This document shows positions 8,861 to 18,090 of a stretch of 64,000 bases of DNA, piece after piece. Made by a program: the position numbers and the translations under genes. The notes beneath the pieces are model-generated. The model was not told the origin of the DNA. It saw nothing but the letters and a program-made list of their open reading frames with translations, and made no database searches. The stretch is from the NCBI GenBank assembly GCA_025336685.1, contig GCA_025336685.1_4717.1. One strand, given 5' to 3'. The DNA comes from Escherichia coli (GTDB lineage: Bacteria; Pseudomonadota; Gammaproteobacteria; Enterobacterales; Enterobacteriaceae). Every line of letters begins with the position of its first letter. Position 1 is the stretch's first letter.

Positions 8861-11419
8861 TTACTGCTCTTCACGTTCCAACAGATACTCGGAAGCGGTA
8901 ATACCGTTTACCGTACGTACCGCTTTCAGACGAGTATCGTCACTCAGAATCACGGTAACAGACTGCAGACCTTTTACTTTGGTCTCGAAGGTCTTGAATA
9001 CCTGATCCAGCATACGAGCAATGCTTGGGTTGGTTGCAGCCGATGCGTGAGTGTAACCGTTCTGGTTCAGCTTCAGAATCTTGGCGTTGGTTGGTACACG
9101 AAGAACAACATGCGGACGCATTGCGAACACACTGTGGTTAAACCAGTAAGCATCGTTACTATCTTCGTCAGTGACGATGTCTGGATTAACACGCATGTCT
9201 TCGGTAGCCGCACCCGCCAAACGACGTTCGATTTCGTCAGCATCCAGAGAGCCGTCCTTCTCCAGTTCTGCACGATACTCACTCATGGCAACCAGATGAC
9301 GTTCACGATTCGCTGCAGATTTTTCGTGAGCGGCTTTCAGGTAGTCATGCATGTTGTACAGTTCTGCCATGGAAAGACGAATGTTCCACTGACCTTCGCC
9401 GTCACGATTGCAGTAGAGACACTTCAGCATGTTGACCCAGGTGTAGTAGCAATTGGAGAACTCATCTTCAATGAACTTCTGATCCATTTTAAGATCGTGA
9501 ATCAGCCAACCGGACAGTTCTCCGATATCATCAACGAAGCTAGAAATGGTGGTTTCAGAGAAGTTCTTCGGTACGATACGTTTGATCAGCTTGTTAACGT
9601 CTTTGGTCATGCTATCATTCAGGAAATGCCAGATACGCAGAGGAATGACATCACGATACTGTTGCATGATCTGACGATAAGCTTTGATATCGTCGCTACG
9701 ACCTTTATCAATAGACAACGCGTCCAGGAATTCATGGATAGCATCCAGCTCTTTGTCGGTATAGGTTCCCAGATAGGAATTGACCGTGGCAAGGAATGCT
9801 AATGCGTCGTTTTGGTTGACGTCGGTGTTGGTCTGCTGAATGATCGCTACTGCAGCTTTGGTTTCAGCATCCTCAACGCTTGACGCTGCGATTGCGTCGG
9901 TAACAGTAAACAGTTTCATTTCGCGCTGTTCGCCGACAACGATCGGTTCGCGTTGAACCGGTTTGTTAAGACTAACGCGAACAACTTCTGCTTGCGCGAT
10001 ACGATCCAGTTTTACCATTTCCTGCTCCGCCATACGACGAGCGGTCGGATCTGATTCAAGTTCGATGTATTCCACTTCTTCCTCCGTGAGGGATGTAATG
10101 TCAACAATGGTTTCATGAAGAATTCCGTTTTCGTCGATACGTGCTCGACGAGCGAAGTGTCTGAAGTCATACAACGTTGGCCAGCGACAATTAGGCGCAT
10201 AGTCTTTGGCCTTCAGACGCATCTGCATAAATTCTTCATGTTGAACAACACGACCGTAACGCTTAGCATCTTCGGTCGCATCAATTGGATTAACGGTCTT
10301 TGTTACCGTAGCAGAACGAGCCGTACGAATGGGTTCCGGTTTAGTCTGCACTGGTTCAGGTTGAACGGATTTCTGTTGTCCAGCCTTAACATGCCATTCG
10401 GGTTCTTCGTACCGTTCAGCAAATTGCTCGGCTGCTGCAAAGATATCATTGATACCACCAATATCTCCTTCTGGATTCGTCGAATATATCCGTGGTTGCG
10501 GTGCCTCGTAACGCGGCGCTGAGGTAGCAGATGCGTCGTTAACGACAGGATCGTCATCGCCAACATCATACAAACGGTTGAACGCACAATCCTTCGAATC
10601 GATGTACGATGGAGTTTGTGGTTGGATAACCGTCGGTCGAGGCTGTGCGCCGTATCCCGGCATTGTTGGAGCCATACCACGCATAACTGCTGGGTTAGGT
10701 TGGTATTGTGGTTGTGGGTAGGTTCCGCCATACGTGGGATATGCAGGCTGTTGCGGTTGACCGTACCCACCACCAACCATCGCATTTGCTTGCGGTCCAC
10801 GGTAAGTCATCCCCAGTTGCATCACCTGTTGCTTCAGACCGCGGGACTTCTGCGCTATTTGTGCTAGACTCCCACTTTTATTTAGCTGCGTGTACTTATT
10901 CGCGGCTTCCGGGTTAATGCGCGATAATTCAATCGCACGATAATACTCCGGGTATTGATTGGCTTCAAAGAGCCACGTTACAAGGTGATACAGCGCAACT
11001 GTGCTCACAGCAGCAGAGACGATCTGGTCGTTGGACGCATTCTGCGGCATCGGGTTGATGTAAGAGAATACGTTCCAGCAACAGTCTTCAACAAGCGATT
11101 CCATCATCATGTCGTTATTGGTGTAACGTGAGACGAACTCGGTTTGTATTTTATCCTGTTGGGCGAAGTCTTTCAGGACATTGAAGACAGCTTGACGGAT
11201 TTTGACGATCGTCGCTTCTTGGGTGATGAAGTTATAGTTCTGCTGATATGATGGTTGCTGGTACTGTGGTGGTTGATAGGTGTTATTCGGGTATGCGCTG
11301 TACTGCGGTTGCTGGTACTGTTGTTGGCGAACCTGTTCAGCCGCATAATTAATCGTACTCGCATAAGGGTTTTCGTTGTAGCCCATTTGCTGATACATGT
11401 TGTTACTGCCATTATACAT
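8861..11419 (-). CDS. large hypothetical protein with Q/Y/P/G-rich low-complexity regions (852 aa)
   Basis: ATG at 11419; N-terminal 60 aa and an internal segment are QQPQY/GYGQPQ-type low complexity. Confidence 0.85.
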   Translation of the reverse strand: MYNGSNNMYQQMGYNENPYASTINYAAEQVRQQQYQQPQYSAYPNNTYQPPQYQQPSYQQNYNFITQEATIVKIRQAVFNVLKDFAQQDKIQTEFVSRYTNNDMMMESLVEDCCWNVFSYINPMPQNASNDQIVSAAVSTVALYHLVTWLFEANQYPEYYRAIELSRINPEAANKYTQLNKSGSLAQIAQKSRGLKQQVMQLGMTYRGPQANAMVGGGYGQPQQPAYPTYGGTYPQPQYQPNPAVMRGMAPTMPGYGAQPRPTVIQPQTPSYIDSKDCAFNRLYDVGDDDPVVNDASATSAPRYEAPQPRIYSTNPEGDIGGINDIFAAAEQFAERYEEPEWHVKAGQQKSVQPEPVQTKPEPIRTARSATVTKTVNPIDATEDAKRYGRVVQHEEFMQMRLKAKDYAPNCRWPTLYDFRHFARRARIDENGILHETIVDITSLTEEEVEYIELESDPTARRMAEQEMVKLDRIAQAEVVRVSLNKPVQREPIVVGEQREMKLFTVTDAIAASSVEDAETKAAVAIIQQTNTDVNQNDALAFLATVNSYLGTYTDKELDAIHEFLDALSIDKGRSDDIKAYRQIMQQYRDVIPLRIWHFLNDSMTKDVNKLIKRIVPKNFSETTISSFVDDIGELSGWLIHDLKMDQKFIEDEFSNCYYTWVNMLKCLYCNRDGEGQWNIRLSMAELYNMHDYLKAAHEKSAANRERHLVAMSEYRAELEKDGSLDADEIERRLAGAATEDMRVNPDIVTDEDSNDAYWFNHSVFAMRPHVVLRVPTNAKILKLNQNGYTHASAATNPSIARMLDQVFKTFETKVKGLQSVTVILSDDTRLKAVRTVNGITASEYLLEREEQ

Positions 11420-11454
11420 TTCTTACGATCCTTTTTATTTTATTCGGTTATGTG

Positions 11455-13251
11455 TCAATCGATTATGTCACGATCGTTAATTTCTACAATTTCTTCATCG
11501 AATCGACCGACGTCTTTCTTCAAGCCTGCATTTGTTGCTGCAACGTCATTTGCGATTTGTGGGGTAACGATTAACCGACCACGCTCATCGATAGGTGCGT
11601 ACATACTGAACTTCTGACGTCCGGTTGGTTCGGAGTGTGGAAGATTCAGATAGCTTGCACAGAACGGGATGGAACCACTAACCAAACGACTCTCGTCAGC
11701 CAATGCAGCACCGCCTGCGTTTTGGCTCTGGAGAACAACATGCGTGCTCACTTTGAACAGCATGCAATCACCAGGTGACTGAATCGATGTTGCCACTTTC
11801 TCACGTTTATCACGATTGCTCTGGATATTGAGAATCGCTTCCGTTGCAACTTGATTTCGCAACGCCTTCTGTACATCGCGATTGGTCATCTCTTTACGGT
11901 TGTTCTGTCGTTTACCACGTTCCGTGGTTTTAAGATGGAACCCCAGTTTAAAGATGCTTTTACGCACATCCTCCATGACATATTCCAACACCATCAATTC
12001 CTTACCGAACATCGTCGTGGTATCAACACGACTCATTTCGATAGTAACATTGTCAATCAGATACGCCATAAATTCGTAGAAGTCGTCGCAAGGAATATTT
12101 TCCTGTTTGAACTTCTTCTGTTGAATTTCGTCAACGTAAAGATCGAGACTGTCGATGTGGTGGTTTACATCACGCAACAAACGCGCATCCGCATTGTTGT
12201 TATTAAAGATAATCAAACCGAGTAATGTACGCCAATGGTCTGGCGCATTCGCGAACTCTTCAACCGGATAGTCTTCCGGGAAACGATCGTAATAACGGTC
12301 GATGAGATATAAGAACGCACCGACAAGGCCAAGAACAATACGTTCCGTACCTCCACGTCTTACAGCGATTTGAATATCAGGATGTTTATAACGTACAGCG
12401 TTAGCGCTACGGCTTTTACCGCTTTTGCTGATACTAAAGCCTTTAGGAATAACCCCCATGGTGCGATAGATTACCCATTGGTCGCGCGGAAAATCACGTT
12501 CAGCAAGGTTCCGTCCGGTTACGGCTTCGACACCTGCAAAACGTCGGAAACATTCACCCACCCCATACTTCGCAAAGAGATAATGACCCAGTGTGGTTAC
12601 GCTGGTGTGGTTGATGTTGTCACCGTTCACTTTACTTTGTTTGGTAAGATGATAGATTTGCGACCAGGGTAACGACAGATAATGACGATAATCGATACCC
12701 GTTGGTGTATCATTGCTCAGGAACTGATACGGTGTACGTTTAACCGTGATTTTGTCACGCGGAAGCATGATGAACGCCATGTCTTTCGTGTAACTGATTA
12801 CAGGGTCAGCGAGCACCGCACTGAGAATGAAGTTCGCACCACGTAGACGCATTTTACCACCCTGACCTACTGCGGGCAATAGGAGAGGATGTCGGATAAT
12901 GCAGTAGTCCTTTCCCGGCTCACGGCGGTCACCTGATTCCATCGCACCGTACCAGCGGAATTCTAGCATCACCATAAACACGTCGGAAGGTGCAAGGTCG
13001 AAGGTCAGCTTACCGCTATCCTTCCCTTTGGTTTTCTTTCCTCCGCTTAAGTAGTGGAACTGTTCGCGGGCCATACAACGACGTAGGCCATGATACACCA
13101 GATCCTTAGGTAAACTATCTTTGCTGTTCCGCCAAAGACGATCAACATAGGACTCAACATCTTGCATCTTATCGACGACGATGTTGCGTGCTATCTTCTC
13201 GTTCATCTTCGGTGCAAGCTCAGCGACAGCTTTGCAGAATCTAGGATCCAT
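11455..13251 (-). CDS. hypothetical protein (598 aa)
   Basis: ATG at 13251 with AGGAG SD. Confidence 0.85.
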   Translation of the reverse strand: MDPRFCKAVAELAPKMNEKIARNIVVDKMQDVESYVDRLWRNSKDSLPKDLVYHGLRRCMAREQFHYLSGGKKTKGKDSGKLTFDLAPSDVFMVMLEFRWYGAMESGDRREPGKDYCIIRHPLLLPAVGQGGKMRLRGANFILSAVLADPVISYTKDMAFIMLPRDKITVKRTPYQFLSNDTPTGIDYRHYLSLPWSQIYHLTKQSKVNGDNINHTSVTTLGHYLFAKYGVGECFRRFAGVEAVTGRNLAERDFPRDQWVIYRTMGVIPKGFSISKSGKSRSANAVRYKHPDIQIAVRRGGTERIVLGLVGAFLYLIDRYYDRFPEDYPVEEFANAPDHWRTLLGLIIFNNNNADARLLRDVNHHIDSLDLYVDEIQQKKFKQENIPCDDFYEFMAYLIDNVTIEMSRVDTTTMFGKELMVLEYVMEDVRKSIFKLGFHLKTTERGKRQNNRKEMTNRDVQKALRNQVATEAILNIQSNRDKREKVATSIQSPGDCMLFKVSTHVVLQSQNAGGAALADESRLVSGSIPFCASYLNLPHSEPTGRQKFSMYAPIDERGRLIVTPQIANDVAATNAGLKKDVGRFDEEIVEINDRDIID

Positions 13252-13290
13252 TACTCACTCCTTTCAGAAAGTTGCTTAAGCAGATTAAAG

Positions 13291-14724
13291 TTACTTTTTC
13301 GATGACGCCTTCTCAAGAATCTTGAAAAAGGTCATACCTATACCGACAACAGCCGCGGTTATACTCGCAGCGGCTTTCCAAACATCGACGTTACGTTGAC
13401 GTCGTGCTTCTTCCGCTTCACGTTGTCTTTTTGCCTCTTCATCACGTCGACGTATCTCAGCAGCAAACTCGTCATGCTTACGTTTGGCTTCTTCGTCTCG
13501 ACGACGAAGTTCAGCGACGAATTCTTCATGTTTGCGTTTAGCCTCATCATCACGACGTTTTAAATCAGCTTGATAATCTTCGTGTATTTGTCTACGTAGA
13601 TCATCTTGACGTTTCATTTCGGCTTGGTGTTGTTCCATCCTACGTTTTTGTTCGTCTTTAAGCTGATCGAGTTCGGCTTTATGTTGTTCGTCGCGCAGCT
13701 TTGCGTCGGCGCGATGCGCTTCATGCATCTGTGCGATAACTGCCTTGTGTTCATCCGCCATACGTCGCATTTCAGCCATCACCCCTTTAAGGGTTTCTTC
13801 TGACGACTTACGTTCGTAGCTGCGTTGGTCGAAATCATTTTTGTAGGCTTCTTTTTGGATGGGATCGCGCCAATGCAATGCCGATTCACGCGTCGGAAAA
13901 ACATTGTACTTCCACATCTCTTTTTCCAAATCTTCGACCGGTACGAAGATGGAGTCATTATTCCCGAAGGTAACCAACATACCTGGCGCGCCTGCTCCAT
14001 TCGTTGGTTTTATTTCGAACGCTTTCCCCAGCACGTTAACCCATAGGCTATACGGATTATGAAAGTCGGGTGGCGTCCAGTGGATAGTGAGTTGCGTTCC
14101 GAGAATCCGGAAACCCTCTGTCTTTCCTGTTAAACTACGCGCACATGTTGCGATGTAGGGGTGATCAATCCCTTTCGTAACATGGTCTGCGCTTTTGTAT
14201 TCTCCTTTAACTTTTACGATTGCCACGTTGATTTGCGCGACATAAATAGGTTGATTAAAGTTCAACGTGTTGAGGTCAATTTGACATATCTCGTCCAGCG
14301 TATCGTACCAGTCTTGCTGGTCTAATAGACGCGGTATTTTCTCTGTGTTAACGATGCGACGGATATGCGGTTTCCTTATCGCGTAACCTGTACCATTTTT
14401 AACACGGAGTATATCCCGACGTCTACCCGCGTAGACGAAGTTTCTGAATGCACCATTCGCATTAGATACGTCATGGCTGTCAACTATTACAGGACTACGA
14501 AATTTTGAACGTCGTACGATCCTGAATGTATTACTGTCCTCAACTCTACCAGGAATGTACTGGAACATATTGTCGGAGGTGATAACCAACACGGTATGGC
14601 CGGATTCATTAATACATGCCCACCCTAATTCCAGGTCATACAACGGTTCAGCATAACCGTCAATGCGATATGCGTACCATCCCCACGGTTCGAACGCGGT
14701 ATCACATATTGGCATGGAGGGCAT
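13291..14724 (-). CDS. hypothetical protein with C-terminal charged coiled-coil repeats and a terminal hydrophobic helix (477 aa)
   Basis: ATG at 14724 with GGAGGTGA SD; three RRRDEEAKRKHxEFxAE repeats then WKAAASITAAVVGIGMTFFKIL. Confidence 0.85.
   Translation of the reverse strand: MPSMPICDTAFEPWGWYAYRIDGYAEPLYDLELGWACINESGHTVLVITSDNMFQYIPGRVEDSNTFRIVRRSKFRSPVIVDSHDVSNANGAFRNFVYAGRRRDILRVKNGTGYAIRKPHIRRIVNTEKIPRLLDQQDWYDTLDEICQIDLNTLNFNQPIYVAQINVAIVKVKGEYKSADHVTKGIDHPYIATCARSLTGKTEGFRILGTQLTIHWTPPDFHNPYSLWVNVLGKAFEIKPTNGAGAPGMLVTFGNNDSIFVPVEDLEKEMWKYNVFPTRESALHWRDPIQKEAYKNDFDQRSYERKSSEETLKGVMAEMRRMADEHKAVIAQMHEAHRADAKLRDEQHKAELDQLKDEQKRRMEQHQAEMKRQDDLRRQIHEDYQADLKRRDDEAKRKHEEFVAELRRRDEEAKRKHDEFAAEIRRRDEEAKRQREAEEARRQRNVDVWKAAASITAAVVGIGMTFFKILEKASSKK
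13407..13572 (-). repeat. imperfect tandem DNA repeats (about 45-48 bp unit) encoding the charged peptide repeats of 13291-14724
   Basis: Repeated cgtcgacg...ttcttcatg...gcgttt units visible; coordinates approximate. Confidence 0.4.
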
Positions 14725-14874
14725 CGCTCACCTCCATCAGATTGAAAATTATCATGCATAACGCATTTCCCTTTTCTTGTTCTTATCAAACTGACAGCCG
14801 ACGGTTTCCAGTATCGCCCCCAGCGCGAGAACGACCTTACGTGTTGTCTATGCCTTATTAATCGCAGGCTTCTG

Positions 14875-14894
14875 TCACCTAGGTAATGTAAGCG
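14875..14894 (-). promoter_or_regulatory. conserved motif TCACCTAGGTAATGTAAGCG (minus strand TACATTACCTAGGTGA), putative phage promoter
   Basis: One of 4-5 copies of the GGTAATATAG-type motif; about 150 nt upstream of the 13291-14724 start. Confidence 0.35.
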
Positions 14895-14932
14895 TCAAAT
14901 TTTTTCTATTCGCAACGATAAACGGCATAAAT

Positions 14933-14960
14933 CTCCCCCAACCCTTACGGGCTGAGGGAG
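14933..14960 (-). terminator. imperfect GC-rich hairpin (CTCCC..CCC-TTAC-GGG..GGGAG) flanked by CATA/TATG, downstream of the capsid-candidate gene
   Basis: Inverted repeat read directly; same architecture as the other junction hairpins. Confidence 0.4.
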
Positions 14961-15057
14961 GCTGACTTATGTATCACGGTGCCGGATGAATGTCCGCAAT
15001 GAAACCATCCGCAACGTTGTCGTCAAGAATATCATCCAACGAAGCAGCTACGGTAGT

Positions 15058-17280
15058 TCAGTTAGTCTGAACAGGCAGCTTGATGTTTTCGGTGTAGACC
15101 TTACGCAGGTTCACAACGTTAATCAGACCCAGCAGCGGGCAGTTGTTAACGAAGCGGCAGCGAGGCTGAACCATGGTTTCTTTAGAAACCTGACCGTTAC
15201 GGGTAACCTGAGCAACAGATACCAGTTCCGGTACGTACAGGAACATACCGAAGGTCAGCGGATCCGGAGAACCCTGGATACCACGAGACAGGGTCACGAA
15301 GATCTTATCACGCAGCAGAACGTTCGGGTTATCTACAACCACGAAGTTGAAGCTTACACCAACGGTACGGAAATCACCATCGGTCTGCAGGAACTGCGGG
15401 ATGTAGTTGTCAGTTGCTACCACGCAACGCGGTTTCTCATCAGCGTTGGAAGACAGCAGCTGCAGAGCTGGCTGATAACCAGACTCGGAGTACATGCGAT
15501 ATGCCATCTCACGAATCACGTTCATGATCGCAGCGGACACTTCAGCACGACGTTCTGCAGTGGTGGTGCCCTGAACAGATTTCGCCAGGTCCAGATTGAT
15601 TTCTTCGAACCACGGACGGATCAGGTAACGACCGAAACCTTCGATCTGGATGTCACCGAACTGACGGAAGCGAGAGGTCGCAACCGCTTTCAGTGCATCT
15701 TTGTAGCTGAACAGTTTCTCAACCATCAGGTTGTCGAAACGTGCGTTAGCAGCTTGGATCAGAACGTCCAGGTCAGCAGCGTTTTCTTCCCAATCCAGCG
15801 GACGAGGAATGGAGAACGGAGCCAGCAGGCCGATTGCATAACGCTCTTGCTTCATGTTGAAGTCAAGGTGTTTACCACGTTCACGACGGTTGCTGTTGTT
15901 ACGGCGAATACGCAGTTCGTAACCAACCAGTTTGAAGCTCAGGTCGTCAGCCAGGTCTTTAAATTCTTGGCTCTTACGCGGCTGTTCGATGTTGTCCTGA
16001 TCAACCAGGCGATACAGTTCAGCGTTAGCACCGTTAACACGCAGACCTGCTTTCTCTACGTTGGAAGAACCGTAAACTTCGATAGCCAGCTGAGCAGCAG
16101 ATTTCGCATCGATGATGTCCTGCAGCGCTTCGGCTTTCGCACCTTTAACGTCAACGGTGTTCTCATCAACGAAGATGGAGTGGGTGTCGAACGCCAGGGT
16201 CATTTTGCGGAAGTCGCCTTCCAGGGATTTCTGGAAACCGTTGGTAATCAGACCGGATACGTCGAACGGAACGTAAGAGGTCTTGCTGTGCTTGGCTGAT
16301 TTGATTTCCACCAGGATTTTGGTCAGCGTGATCTGAGCATCCAGCGCATCGGTGTTGTCGCTGTAACCGTTAGCCAGAATGCTATCGTCTTCAGCGATAC
16401 CGATCATGTCGATCAGTTTATCAACAGCCAGGTAAGACGTTTTGTAAGTTACGCCTTTAATCTCGATGTCGCGCGGAGCAACGATAGTTTTGTCAACGAA
16501 GTACTGCGCGTTAGCATCGTCGGCACGATAGATCGGATGCAGATCGGTCACGTCGTTGGACAGAACGTCGTTGTACATGAACGCATCCAGCAGCGGACGA
16601 CGTACCCAATCAGCCGGAGTACCGTCAGCGTTACGACGCAGGTGGTTGAACACCAGCGGACGACGGAAAGATACGTCGTAACCGATCTGGTTCGGAGCCA
16701 GAACGATGGTGTTGTACAGTTCGTTACCCATGCGGCTCAGACGAGAAGCCTTCACGTTGAACACAACGGAGTACGGCATCATGTCACGCAGTTCTTTCTG
16801 GTCGTAGGACAGCTGAACCAGTTCTTCAGATTCGCAACCGCAGGAATCAGCAGCCATCATGACGAAGTTAGAGCTGTCAACTTCACGGCCAGACGGAGTG
16901 GTGCTGATGTTCATGGAACGTGCTTGTTTAGCATATTCTACCGGGTTGCCATGAGCCAGCATGATCAGTGCTGCTGCACGAGCCTGCTGTGCGTTCATGG
17001 TGAACAGCTGTTCTTCAATACGCTGCTTCTCTTCCGGAGTGGTGGTTTCGAAGCCCAGCATGGACAGAACCGGTTCTTCTGCTTTACGGATGTCGCTGCT
17101 GAAGCTCTTAACATCCATATCGTTAACCAGTTTGTCCATGGATTTGAAATCAACCTTAGAAGCAGATTCCATAGACAGGAAGGTGTTCTCCAGACCTTTG
17201 TCTGCTGGTTTGCTACCATTAGCGGTCAGGAACTGGCGAGTGGCCGCGACCTGTTGGCTAAGAAGGGTTTTATCATTCAT
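15058..17280 (-). CDS. candidate major capsid protein (740 aa)
   Basis: ATG with AAGGA SD; codon usage sharply optimised (CTG, CGT, GGT, ACC, AAC) relative to neighbours; size fits jumbo-phage capsid proteins; N-terminus has SME|S-type motifs; function by inference only. Confidence 0.85.
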   Translation of the reverse strand: MNDKTLLSQQVAATRQFLTANGSKPADKGLENTFLSMESASKVDFKSMDKLVNDMDVKSFSSDIRKAEEPVLSMLGFETTTPEEKQRIEEQLFTMNAQQARAAALIMLAHGNPVEYAKQARSMNISTTPSGREVDSSNFVMMAADSCGCESEELVQLSYDQKELRDMMPYSVVFNVKASRLSRMGNELYNTIVLAPNQIGYDVSFRRPLVFNHLRRNADGTPADWVRRPLLDAFMYNDVLSNDVTDLHPIYRADDANAQYFVDKTIVAPRDIEIKGVTYKTSYLAVDKLIDMIGIAEDDSILANGYSDNTDALDAQITLTKILVEIKSAKHSKTSYVPFDVSGLITNGFQKSLEGDFRKMTLAFDTHSIFVDENTVDVKGAKAEALQDIIDAKSAAQLAIEVYGSSNVEKAGLRVNGANAELYRLVDQDNIEQPRKSQEFKDLADDLSFKLVGYELRIRRNNSNRRERGKHLDFNMKQERYAIGLLAPFSIPRPLDWEENAADLDVLIQAANARFDNLMVEKLFSYKDALKAVATSRFRQFGDIQIEGFGRYLIRPWFEEINLDLAKSVQGTTTAERRAEVSAAIMNVIREMAYRMYSESGYQPALQLLSSNADEKPRCVVATDNYIPQFLQTDGDFRTVGVSFNFVVVDNPNVLLRDKIFVTLSRGIQGSPDPLTFGMFLYVPELVSVAQVTRNGQVSKETMVQPRCRFVNNCPLLGLINVVNLRKVYTENIKLPVQTN

Positions 17281-17304
17281 TGAAAGTATCCTTTACAGAA
17301 TTAA

Positions 17305-17314
17305 CTTATATAAG
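17305..17314 (-). promoter_or_regulatory. palindromic CTTATATAAG box about 25 nt upstream of the capsid-candidate start, putative promoter element
   Basis: 10-bp AT-rich palindrome in the 150-nt leader of the most codon-optimised gene. Confidence 0.3.
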
Positions 17315-17429
17315 TCGGTCGATAGACCATAGCGTACACGCGTGCATGCGCCACTATAGTATCAGTAAACACTTACCGTTATTGAGGTCGTGATACAACA
17401 CTAAAAATGCCGCATAACTTTTCCCTACG

Positions 17430-17834
17430 TCACAAACGACGCAGGCGATAATGGATGGAACGATTGGTGCAATATGAACGGAACAGCGGCAATTGCGCAA
17501 CTTCCGCAAGACTCATATTAATTCGCAGGTGTTCAATAACGGCGCTGTAGTTATCAGCAATACGATCGCTCAATAACTCTTCTGCCAATAAAGGAAGACA
17601 ATCGACAACAATCGCGATCACATCCTCATTAACATAACGCACCCGAACACTCAACGGACGTTTGTCTGGGTTGTAAGTTGGATCCGCCAAACGACGTTCA
17701 ATATCACGCGGATAGCTCGTCAGTAAATGGTAATAACCATTGTCATAACGATTGATGTACTCACACAGCACACCAACGTTCTTCTCTGGCGGTAAACCTG
17801 TTTCGTCATAGTGGATACGCAAACATACCACCAA
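17430..17834 (-). CDS. hypothetical protein, C-terminal ORF of a possibly frameshifted gene (134 aa)
   Basis: ORF-track start is TTG; overlaps 17806-18051 in another frame; no in-frame ATG near the 5' end. Confidence 0.45.
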   Translation of the reverse strand: MVVCLRIHYDETGLPPEKNVGVLCEYINRYDNGYYHLLTSYPRDIERRLADPTYNPDKRPLSVRVRYVNEDVIAIVVDCLPLLAEELLSDRIADNYSAVIEHLRINMSLAEVAQLPLFRSYCTNRSIHYRLRRL

Positions 17835-18051
17835 GCAGGTTGTTAAGATGGACCGCAGGGTTCGCTTGTTCGTGTTCTTTCGTGATGAAGAAAGGCACGT
17901 TCTGGGCCGCGAAATAAAAACCTACATCATTGGGCGATAGTATGCCGAAAAGACTTTTAGGATCCAATAACACCTGTAAGTCATCACGCGCATTTCGAAT
18001 AATCGCGTGTTCTACCCAATTCGGAACGACGAGATATCGGAGTTCCTTCAT
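17806..18051 (-). CDS. hypothetical protein, N-terminal ORF of a possibly frameshifted gene (81 aa)
   Basis: ATG start; 3' end overlaps the 5' end of 17430-17834. Confidence 0.45.
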   Translation of the reverse strand: MKELRYLVVPNWVEHAIIRNARDDLQVLLDPKSLFGILSPNDVGFYFAAQNVPFFITKEHEQANPAVHLNNLLGGMFAYPL

Positions 18052-18090
18052 TATGATTACCTCTTTGCAAGTATCGAAAGGATTGAGTCG

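Noticed and set aside
14986-17283. Long plus-strand ORFs 14986-16299 (437 aa) and 16537-17283 (248 aa)
   Set aside because: They are antisense to the codon-optimised capsid-candidate gene, whose biased codon usage depletes stop codons on the opposite strand. The predicted peptides are low-complexity (V/Q/T/N/R-rich) and have no convincing RBS.
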